Part shown: positions 54,142 through 62,752 of the stretch, piece by piece
How the letters are laid out: every line of letters starts with the position of its first letter
How positions within the stretch are numbered: position 1 is the stretch's first letter
IMG/VR virus record: IMGVR_UViG_3300042558_004043
DNA from: a virus
Lineage: Duplodnaviria; Caudoviricetes
Length of the DNA: 64,000 nucleotides
Strand: one strand, 5' to 3'
Position numbers and translations under genes: made by a program
The notes under the pieces: generated by a model
The model's database searches: none
Seen by the model: the letters and a program-made list of their open reading frames with translations, nothing else
Told to the model about the DNA's origin: nothing

Positions 54142-55830
54142 TGGCTTCTTTTTGTGGTTTAGATTTTAGTGTACAAGTTACGGGAGATTGTTCAAACAAT
54201 GGTTCAGGGGCGTTTAGTTTAACTATAACTGGAGGTGCTCCTGACTTTACTGTACAATTTTTAGGTCCGACAACTGATGTATATTACTTAGGTCCAGGTG
54301 TCACTGCAACAACATTCACATCTTTATCTGCAGGAAGTTACGTATTTGAAGTTTTTGACACCTGCTTAACTGCGGGTACACCTAATGTCGGAACCGCTTA
54401 TATATCAAGTGGTACAACTGTGACATGTATTGATATTGAAAATACTAGTAATTTACTAAATAATGGAGCCATTACCGCTCAAACATCTAATATTTATGCC
54501 CCAAGTACATTTTATTTATATGATTTTTACAGTGGGTTAACAATTTCTGGACAATCATCTACAACTGGTTTTACTTTTATTGGATTATCTGCCTCAACAT
54601 ATTACGTTATTGCGGATGACGGAGGAGGATGTACCGGACAATCTGAAACAGTAATTATAAAAAGCTCAACAACTTTTGATTATGGGTTTTATATTGTTAG
54701 TGATTCCGTATGTCGAGGAGAAAACGGTAAATTGTTTATTACTGGATTAACAGGACAACAACCTTACACTTATTTATGGTCAAACGGAGAAACAACATCA
54801 TCAATATCAGGATTAACAGCAACTGGTTATACTGTTACGGTTACAGATAAAACAGGTGCGGTCGTAACAAAAGGAGCTGAAGTACCCCAAACACCCGAGT
54901 TAAGTATTTTAAGTATAACTCCTTATTCGGCTTCATGTTATTCAAATGATGGTTCAATGTTAATTGTAATAACAGGAGGAACTGCACCATACAATTATAT
55001 ATTATCAAATGGTAAATCAAATATAAATTATTCACAATTCCAAACTTTTACTGACTTATCTCCGGAAGACTACACTGTAACTGTAATTGATTCTGATTTT
55101 TGTACAACTAGTGCGCAAGTTTCAGTTTTAACACCCAGTGGATTTGATGTTTTATCAAAGACTGTTACAGACTCTTATTGTGATACATCAAGCGGGTCGA
55201 TATCAATAAAGTTAATTGGAGGATATCCAAACTTTACATATACATTGTCAGGAAGTAATGGAATAAACCTATCACAAATCACAAATGTAAATTCACACAC
55301 ATTTTCTAACTTATACTCTGGAGAATATTACCTAACTATAAGTGATTTAGGTACTTGTGTTTATAATGAGTTGATTACAATAAATTCAATAAACGGAATT
55401 TCAATAAATATTGAACCACAAGACGCTACTTTTAGAGGTGATGATGGGTCTGTTTTAATTTATACAAATTCAGGGGCCGCACCATTTACATATAGAGTAT
55501 CAGGTCAACCTACAATTACTAAATCTGACAGTTCAGTAATGTTCAGAAATTTAAAAACTGGCTCTTATTTAGCTTCAATAACTGATAATAGTGGATGTAC
55601 GATAAATGAAAATTTTTATATAGGACAAGTTGAACCTGTTGACTTCTTGGTTTACGTTCCACAAATACCGAGAGGTAAAAAAGGGTCTATTGAAGTTTAC
55701 ATAACTAAGGGAACCCCACCATTCCAAGTTGAATGGAGTCAAAATGTAGGTGGTAAAACAGGATTAACTGTTACAGATTTGAGTGCAGGTACCTATAGTG
55801 TTTCCGTAACTGACGGTAATGGTAGTACAC
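54141..55830 (+). repeat. Tandem SprB-like repeats (about 7)
   Basis: GGAPDFTV, GQQPYTYLWSNG, GGTAPYNY, GGYPNFTY, GAAPFTY, GTPPFQVEWS, each with a following Y-x-V-x-V-x-D strand. Confidence 0.7.
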
Positions 55831-57014
55831 AAAATAGAAGTGCAACAGTTAATTTTTCTGATTTTATTTCTTCATACTTAGTCTACAATGTTTGCGATAA
55901 TGATATAAATCAAAATGGAACCGTTGCTAAAAAAGGATTGAGAGAAATGTTAGTTGAAGGTTACTTAACTTTAACTCAAGATGACACCAATTGCATATTA
56001 AATTCCGCGGTATTCAATACTAATGTGATTATAAATGGTAATACATACCAAAGTTCTTTTTACACGTCTAATTCTTTGGACGATTTTCCTTTTGATAATG
56101 ATTTTTATTTGGCTACTGAAACAATATTATTAAGTATAGATGGAATTGACAGCGTTGATTTTAACTCAGTAACAAATCAAGTCAGAATTAATACAGGATG
56201 TTCAGACCAAACAGTGTCATTATTAGACCAACAAATAATAATAAATGTACTAATACAATATGATATAAGTTGTGAAAATTGTGGAGGTAACGGAGCAAAC
56301 CCAGCTGTTGGATTGGACTTTGCTTTTGTTTCATCCGACGTTAATACATTTGCCTACGATACCCAAGGAAGATATTTATATTCTTTACCACAACTTAGTG
56401 ATTACCCAAGTTCTTTGGGTATAACACGAGACCCTTCTAATACAAAACTTTGGATTTTGGATATTACGGGTACTTTAATTTACGAGTATGATATTGAAAC
56501 TTCAATTCCATTACAGGTATCATTTAATCGGCAAATTACTCTTAGTAATACGTTAAGCAGAGCCTTGGTATGGTACAACACAACTACTTTGATTTCTTTT
56601 ATAGATGGGTCACAATACCTATCGTTTGTTGATATTTCAACAGGGTCGGTTAGTAACGGTATATTTTTATCTACAACCCCATCAACGGTAGTATCCAAAA
56701 ATATTTTAATTAATTCATTGGATAAAATAATTATTGTATTAACTAATATAACAGGAAGTCATTTATTAGTTCAATTTGATAGTTATGGTAATAGTGAGGC
56801 TAAAACAACGTTACCAGTATCGACTAACGGATATACTATGTTCGAAGATAGTGGTGTTTTTTATGTTGTTAATCTTGATGATTTAAATGTCTATTCAGTT
56901 GAACCTACATACCCATATGATATCAATTTTTGTTATATTTTAGAAACTCCACAATCGGTATCTTACCTTTATATGACACAAATAAACACTTATGTTACAA
57001 CTAATTTTACATAA
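54141..57014 (+). CDS. SprB-repeat protein, putative fibre/adhesin (957 aa)
   Basis: About seven repeats of G.I.(V/I)..GG..P(Y/F)TY.WS....L..G.Y.V.V.D...C; C-terminal beta-propeller-like region. Confidence 0.7.
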   Translation: MASFCGLDFSVQVTGDCSNNGSGAFSLTITGGAPDFTVQFLGPTTDVYYLGPGVTATTFTSLSAGSYVFEVFDTCLTAGTPNVGTAYISSGTTVTCIDIENTSNLLNNGAITAQTSNIYAPSTFYLYDFYSGLTISGQSSTTGFTFIGLSASTYYVIADDGGGCTGQSETVIIKSSTTFDYGFYIVSDSVCRGENGKLFITGLTGQQPYTYLWSNGETTSSISGLTATGYTVTVTDKTGAVVTKGAEVPQTPELSILSITPYSASCYSNDGSMLIVITGGTAPYNYILSNGKSNINYSQFQTFTDLSPEDYTVTVIDSDFCTTSAQVSVLTPSGFDVLSKTVTDSYCDTSSGSISIKLIGGYPNFTYTLSGSNGINLSQITNVNSHTFSNLYSGEYYLTISDLGTCVYNELITINSINGISINIEPQDATFRGDDGSVLIYTNSGAAPFTYRVSGQPTITKSDSSVMFRNLKTGSYLASITDNSGCTINENFYIGQVEPVDFLVYVPQIPRGKKGSIEVYITKGTPPFQVEWSQNVGGKTGLTVTDLSAGTYSVSVTDGNGSTQNRSATVNFSDFISSYLVYNVCDNDINQNGTVAKKGLREMLVEGYLTLTQDDTNCILNSAVFNTNVIINGNTYQSSFYTSNSLDDFPFDNDFYLATETILLSIDGIDSVDFNSVTNQVRINTGCSDQTVSLLDQQIIINVLIQYDISCENCGGNGANPAVGLDFAFVSSDVNTFAYDTQGRYLYSLPQLSDYPSSLGITRDPSNTKLWILDITGTLIYEYDIETSIPLQVSFNRQITLSNTLSRALVWYNTTTLISFIDGSQYLSFVDISTGSVSNGIFLSTTPSTVVSKNILINSLDKIIIVLTNITGSHLLVQFDSYGNSEAKTTLPVSTNGYTMFEDSGVFYVVNLDDLNVYSVEPTYPYDINFCYILETPQSVSYLYMTQINTYVTTNFT

Positions 57015-57047
57015 AATTATTTAAATTATTAAATACATATATTATAA

Positions 57048-59684
57048 ATGACTGTAACTTGTGGACTTTTTATATATTCTGAATGTTTTACTGGAGGGAT
57101 AATGGCCGTTCAAGACGGACTCTTCAACGGAAGACCTCAATATGACTTCTCTTTCAGTTTTAATGGTAATATAATAAATGGAAGAATATATTGGGACTCA
57201 AATGAAAATGTATGGTATGCTGAAGACACTGGTGCCCAACAAATAATGAGTGTACTACCGTTTGACCGTCCTCATCCTTATGGTACAAACGCGGAATGGG
57301 AAAATTATACATTATTAACTTATGGATGTTTGTCAAACAGTACATCATTCAATACAATATGGTTTCCCGATTGTCCTCCGACTTACTTTGAATTTTGTTG
57401 TCTTGGGGAAAACTCGACTAAAATTTTTATAGGTGTTCAAGATTTTGAATATTATGGTTACATTGGTAGTATTTTTTATTTGGAATCACCACAGTTCAGT
57501 GGATGTGCTACTGTAATACAAGGTCCAATACCTAATAACTCAATAGTTTACAATTCGGTCAGTAATTCAGTTCAATATGACAGATGCGTTAGCTGTACGG
57601 CTGACACTGTATCTTGTATTACTCAACCGGTATACACAACCCCAACACCTAGACCTGTCGTTACTGCAAATACGGTATGTGGTGGGGTTTCATTGGTTAA
57701 TGAGTGTTTGCCAATTTCTGTACCTATAATGACTGTTATATGTGAAACAACAAACGTTACCACATACGGGGGAAATGACGGTTCGGTTGAATTAATAATA
57801 AGTGGAGGTACTCCTCCATATAACATTTTATGGAAAAACGGTAATACAGGATATGGTATATATAATTTAATTGTTGGACAATATGAGTATACCGTAACTG
57901 ATTATTATGGAGATTACACAACTAACGGTAGTTGTTTAGTCCAACAGCCACCAGTTCCAACCCCACCGGTCCCACCATCTAATTATTGTCTAAACGTTAA
58001 TATTAATGGTCAAGCCTTTAATATTCAGTTTGAAGTTTTTTTACCGTATAATGGAGGTATTCCCTCTTATAAAGGGTATGATGAAAATGGAGAATGGGTA
58101 TATGACTTGTTTTTTGATACAGGAGTCACCCCAAATAGATGGTTTTTAGAGGGTCCAGTTACTGCTGGTGATTTAGTTAATTATAACCCAAGCTATCCTC
58201 CTATAACAGGATGGACATGGTTAAATCCTGGTTTTGCAACAACAACAGGAATTGAGGGGGATTGCCAAAATTACGGTGATTTTTGTATGACATTAAACGT
58301 CAATTCATTTGCAACCCAACCTTATAGGATTCAATTTCAACAAGGGGGGGTTGTTAATGGACAACCTAGTTGGATTGATACTTCAAATATATATAGTGTT
58401 ATTTGGGTTACAGGAAACAATACAAATCCGCCTTATTGGTCATTAGTTGGGTTACCTAATTATTTTAATAATCCAATTGTTAATAATGACCCTACCGTAC
58501 CACCATTAAACGGATGGACTGTAGAAGGTACCTCAGGTGATATAGAAACAAATGAAGGTGACTGTTTCTCCGAATTTATATGTGCGTATTTTAAAAGTGA
58601 TTGTGGGGATGAAAGTATTGAATTATCCTCAGGAGACACTATAAATAATAATCCTACTTGGTATGGTATCTTACCTTGTGGTGAAGAAGGGTCTTTTTTC
58701 ATATTTTGGAATGACGAGGATAATTATTGGTCAACAAGTGGATTGACTTCAGTTACTGGTTTTGGAGATGAAGCCAGAAAAATTAGTAATAGTTACACAG
58801 GCCCATTTGGTGTTTTATCAACTGAAGGAAACTTTGAATTAAGTGTTTTTGAGGGGGAATGTAATCAACCTGGTAGAGCCCTCACAATAACCACAACTGT
58901 TAATGAACCGGTCACAGGTAGTGATGGAGGTATTGTTATTGGAGTTGACGGAGGAGTGGAACCTTATGAATATTCTGTTGATAATGGAACTTCTTATAGA
59001 AACTTACCTATTTTTTATGGTTTGAAAAGCGGTATATATGTTATATCTGTTAAAGATAGTAATGGTGTAGTAACGAAAACATCAGTAACTTTGAAAGTAC
59101 CCCAACCAAAAACAGTTTATCAGGTTTCATTAAATACCACATCTAGAAGAACATCAAATACTACAACAGTAACTACCACAGAATATACCACTGCAGTTTC
59201 TGTTGTCCCTTCGTTACCTAGTGGAGTCACAATTACTTTTGATTTAATTCATACGGATAATTACAATGTTTCACCATACGATTATTCAGCAACTTTAACA
59301 TTGGGTTCGATTATACTAAAAAATGGCTCGGAAATATTACCCGACCTTACTGAATATAATTCTTATAGTGAAATTAACACAACGATTGGATGTCAAAACT
59401 ATACTAAATATATCACGGCAACTACTGACACATGGCAAAATATCACAATGGGTTATGAAGACAATGTAATTGTTACAACTACAGTTTCAATACTAAGAAA
59501 TGGAAGATATCCATGTTATTCGGCAATTAATACTGAAAATTATTCATTATTTAATCTTTCCATTATAGGGTGTAGTAATTGTGAAGTTTCAAATCAACAA
59601 GGGTTACCTCCAATATCACCAACACCATCAACAACACCTTCGGCCACACCAACAAATACCAATACTAATACAGCCTTGACATAA
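57048..59684 (+). CDS. Modular putative fibre/adhesin: two SprB-like repeats plus three Cys-bounded Trp-rich repeats (878 aa)
   Basis: GGTPPYNILWKNG, GGVEPYEYSVDNG; modules ending EGDC, EGDC, EGEC; Pro/Thr linkers. Confidence 0.65.
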   Translation: MTVTCGLFIYSECFTGGIMAVQDGLFNGRPQYDFSFSFNGNIINGRIYWDSNENVWYAEDTGAQQIMSVLPFDRPHPYGTNAEWENYTLLTYGCLSNSTSFNTIWFPDCPPTYFEFCCLGENSTKIFIGVQDFEYYGYIGSIFYLESPQFSGCATVIQGPIPNNSIVYNSVSNSVQYDRCVSCTADTVSCITQPVYTTPTPRPVVTANTVCGGVSLVNECLPISVPIMTVICETTNVTTYGGNDGSVELIISGGTPPYNILWKNGNTGYGIYNLIVGQYEYTVTDYYGDYTTNGSCLVQQPPVPTPPVPPSNYCLNVNINGQAFNIQFEVFLPYNGGIPSYKGYDENGEWVYDLFFDTGVTPNRWFLEGPVTAGDLVNYNPSYPPITGWTWLNPGFATTTGIEGDCQNYGDFCMTLNVNSFATQPYRIQFQQGGVVNGQPSWIDTSNIYSVIWVTGNNTNPPYWSLVGLPNYFNNPIVNNDPTVPPLNGWTVEGTSGDIETNEGDCFSEFICAYFKSDCGDESIELSSGDTINNNPTWYGILPCGEEGSFFIFWNDEDNYWSTSGLTSVTGFGDEARKISNSYTGPFGVLSTEGNFELSVFEGECNQPGRALTITTTVNEPVTGSDGGIVIGVDGGVEPYEYSVDNGTSYRNLPIFYGLKSGIYVISVKDSNGVVTKTSVTLKVPQPKTVYQVSLNTTSRRTSNTTTVTTTEYTTAVSVVPSLPSGVTITFDLIHTDNYNVSPYDYSATLTLGSIILKNGSEILPDLTEYNSYSEINTTIGCQNYTKYITATTDTWQNITMGYEDNVIVTTTVSILRNGRYPCYSAINTENYSLFNLSIIGCSNCEVSNQQGLPPISPTPSTTPSATPTNTNTNTALT
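57975..58865 (+). repeat. Three tandem ~100-aa Cys-bounded modules
   Basis: Each starts (Y/F/I)C, has N-(G/N)-x(1-2)-P-(S/T)-(Y/W), an aromatic strand and a Trp, and ends EG(D/E)C. Confidence 0.65.
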
Positions 59685-59711
59685 AATTAATTGATTAGAT
59701 ATTTAAGAGTA

Positions 59712-62117
59712 ATGGGTTATATAATAAAAAATACTTCAGGTTTAATTAATTCTAGATTAACTGATGCGGGCAGAAAAAAATTATCACAAGGTAATTTTAA
59801 TATTTCATATTTTCAAATTGGCGATAGTGAGGTGACTTATAATACTTTACCAAGTACGTATAATCAATTTGATACTATGATATTGGAACCTGGGTTTAAC
59901 TCACATAACTCTGCTGGTGTACCCGAGTCTAATAAACAATATGTTAAATACCCTTACTATGTAAGTAACTCACAAGGTAATACTTATGGGATTCCTTTCA
60001 TGGACTCACAAATTAGTAATATATTTAATACCGCGGCTTTAAGAGGATTCTTTTATGGTGATGTAACACAAGACCCAATTATTTGGAGTGCTTTAACAAG
60101 TTCTGATATTGCAATTAATACAAATTATATTGTAGATATGACTACCTTAACAGGTGGAACTGGAACTACTATAAATGTTATATACGATTCTTGTAATGAA
60201 TTAATGTGTCGAATACCACAACCTGGTGACATAATAACGATATATTATAATGGAGTTGGAGCAGGTAATTGCAGTTGTCAAATTGCTCCTCCACCCACCC
60301 CAACCCCAACACCTCAACCGGCACCTGAACCTTGTTACACTTGTGACCCATGTGAAACCCCACAACCGACAAGAACACCATCAGGTACACCATGTTTACC
60401 GACACCACCTAGAGTTATTTGTACACCGCCAAGACCTCAAGAATGCGTCATGTCAATGACAAATTGTTACCCTATTTTAACTTATAAAATAATTTCATTT
60501 TGTAATAATATAATGGAGTTAGATAGACCTGTACCAAATTTTGATTATTTCTTGAATGGGTGCTATGGTAGAATAATGGTATATCCATCAGGTATGACTC
60601 AATTGTATGATACTACAACACCTAGACCTCATTGGAATGATGATGTTATTAATTTTGAATCAGTTTGTGATGTTGACCAAAAAGATGTTAGAATTTGGAA
60701 TATGAATATTCCGTGGTCTGAAAATCCGGCAGGATTGATATCTAGTTCATATGTTGATTATTCAGGATTTGGTTCTAAACAATACTTGGGTTCTAAAGAG
60801 TATTATGGATACGCATCTGATTCGGGTCAAACAGATAGTAGTTCAGTTTTCTTTTATAATTCATTTGATGAAAGACAAATTTTACCACCATCAGACCAAA
60901 AAGCAATTGCTATCATACACTATACTAATTTTACAATAGATTTCTTTTATGGTGAAAAGTTTGCAATGCAACCGCATGATGAAACAAACCCTGTTGATAC
61001 TACAGGCGAGGCTAGAAACTTTAGATTACATATTCCTTGGTTAATGTGGCATAAGTCACCGGATTGTTGTAGTGGACAAACTTTTTATGTTGACCCACCT
61101 AATTTTGATGATGTTGAATTGTTCAAAGTTCAGTATTTACAATCTAGTAAGAACAATGATATGAACGTACCGGGATTAAGGTATTTCCATTTGTGGGATA
61201 CTTATGCTAATTCTGACGGTTATCCAAGCAGAATCGGAAAAGTATTTCCGGATGACAAAATTATTATTATAGATGATGAAGAAATTATAGCCGCAATGTC
61301 ATACAAGTCCAATAGAAATTGGACATTACCGGCACCCCGAGTGACATTAATAACGCCAAATACTTGTAATGCTGCGGGAGAATCAGATACTGGATTATTA
61401 AGTGCTAACACAGAATATGTTTATGTGACTTATTTGTTTACTAACAGTACAACTTTTACAAATTTTTTACACTGTAATTATTACATTAAAGTACAAGGGC
61501 CTAATTTAGATTGTTCAAATTCGGGCTCACAAAATATAGCAATTAGATTCGGTGAAGAATTCAATTGTTTGAACGTACCGGATACCGTTCCATCTGATGT
61601 TAATGGTTTCATTGCAAATGGTTTTTATATTTTGGTACAAAAAGTAACGGGTGACATTAGACCTAATTCTTCAGAGTGGAGAATAATTGACAAAACAGGT
61701 GATTTATCACCATATTTAGTGAATAATTTTATTCCATCAAATGGAATGACAAGTGTTACTTTTACAGTTACCAATGATGAGTATGAATCGGCACCATTTT
61801 ATGATTTGAATGATTATATTCCGTTAGTACCTGTTAATCCGACTGGAATAACTCTAAATTTTGGAGACGAATACTATTTTTATGGTTCCTTAGAAAGCGA
61901 CATTCAAGCGACTATTTATGAAATGAGGTATAAGGTAAACTTAGGAGCAGCTGATTTCCAAAATACAAGTAATCCTACGTGGACACCTGGTACGTCTTCA
62001 TATATTACTGACATTGGTCTTTACGATTTAGACAAAAATCTTATGATTATATCAAAAATGCAGTCACCTGTTTTAAGAACGGGATTACAACAGTTTTTGA
62101 TAAAGTTTGATTTTTAA
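59712..62117 (+). CDS. Tail-fibre attachment/collar-type baseplate protein with a Pro/Thr/Cys-rich insertion
   Basis: N-term RLTDAGRKKLSQG...YFQIGDSE and C-term ITDIGLYDLDKNL...K...PV, typical of fibre-attachment domains. Start ATG 59712 preferred. Confidence 0.6.
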   Translation: MGYIIKNTSGLINSRLTDAGRKKLSQGNFNISYFQIGDSEVTYNTLPSTYNQFDTMILEPGFNSHNSAGVPESNKQYVKYPYYVSNSQGNTYGIPFMDSQISNIFNTAALRGFFYGDVTQDPIIWSALTSSDIAINTNYIVDMTTLTGGTGTTINVIYDSCNELMCRIPQPGDIITIYYNGVGAGNCSCQIAPPPTPTPTPQPAPEPCYTCDPCETPQPTRTPSGTPCLPTPPRVICTPPRPQECVMSMTNCYPILTYKIISFCNNIMELDRPVPNFDYFLNGCYGRIMVYPSGMTQLYDTTTPRPHWNDDVINFESVCDVDQKDVRIWNMNIPWSENPAGLISSSYVDYSGFGSKQYLGSKEYYGYASDSGQTDSSSVFFYNSFDERQILPPSDQKAIAIIHYTNFTIDFFYGEKFAMQPHDETNPVDTTGEARNFRLHIPWLMWHKSPDCCSGQTFYVDPPNFDDVELFKVQYLQSSKNNDMNVPGLRYFHLWDTYANSDGYPSRIGKVFPDDKIIIIDDEEIIAAMSYKSNRNWTLPAPRVTLITPNTCNAAGESDTGLLSANTEYVYVTYLFTNSTTFTNFLHCNYYIKVQGPNLDCSNSGSQNIAIRFGEEFNCLNVPDTVPSDVNGFIANGFYILVQKVTGDIRPNSSEWRIIDKTGDLSPYLVNNFIPSNGMTSVTFTVTNDEYESAPFYDLNDYIPLVPVNPTGITLNFGDEYYFYGSLESDIQATIYEMRYKVNLGAADFQNTSNPTWTPGTSSYITDIGLYDLDKNLMIISKMQSPVLRTGLQQFLIKFDF

Positions 62118-62120
62118 TTT

Positions 62121-62720
62121 ATGAAAAAATCTTTAAAGGAAAGTCCCAAGATTCTTGGGCTTGATGTCTCGACAAGTACAATAGGATGGGCTTTATTTGA
62201 TATTATGTCTAAAGAGTTATTGGAGCTAACCCATATATCACCTAGACCAAAACCTAAAACAGATAATAAAATTCATGAGTTACTATCTAAAGCTGAAATT
62301 TTTAGAACTAAATTATTACAGTATAAAGATTTAGGTATTACTAATGTGGTAATTGAAGAGCCACTACTTAATTCTAATAATGTTTACACTATCAGTACTT
62401 TATTAAGATTCAATACTCTTATTACAAAAGAAATCTATGATGTGTTAGGAATTGTCCCTGAGTTTATTTCAACATATAACTCAAGAAAAAATGCTTTTCC
62501 TGAATTAGTTCAAAAAAATGATAAAGGTAAACATGTTTTATTCGGAGGTTTACCTAAAGATATTGATAAGAAACAAATTATTTGGGATTTGGTTGCAAAA
62601 CGAGAACCTCAAATTCAATGGCAATATACTAAAAACAATACTCTTAAAAAAGAAAATTTTGACCAATCTGATGCTTATTGTTGTGTCCTTGGTTATATGA
62701 ATCAAGAAAAAGTTTGGTAA
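62121..62720 (+). CDS. ruvC: RuvC-like Holliday junction resolvase
   Basis: ILGLDVSTSTIGW, VVIEEP, DQSDA: RNase H-fold acidic residues. Confidence 0.8.
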   Translation: MKKSLKESPKILGLDVSTSTIGWALFDIMSKELLELTHISPRPKPKTDNKIHELLSKAEIFRTKLLQYKDLGITNVVIEEPLLNSNNVYTISTLLRFNTLITKEIYDVLGIVPEFISTYNSRKNAFPELVQKNDKGKHVLFGGLPKDIDKKQIIWDLVAKREPQIQWQYTKNNTLKKENFDQSDAYCCVLGYMNQEKVW

Positions 62721-62752
62721 ATTTTTTTGTAAATCTAAAATTATAGGTTTTT

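Noticed and set aside
5767-62117. Extracellular contractile injection system or tailocin instead of a phage
   Set aside because: The tail genes are interleaved with PolB, gp32-like SSB, UvsX, gp41-like helicase, RNR and neck genes, as in a lytic T4-like genome. Head genes are presumably outside the window.
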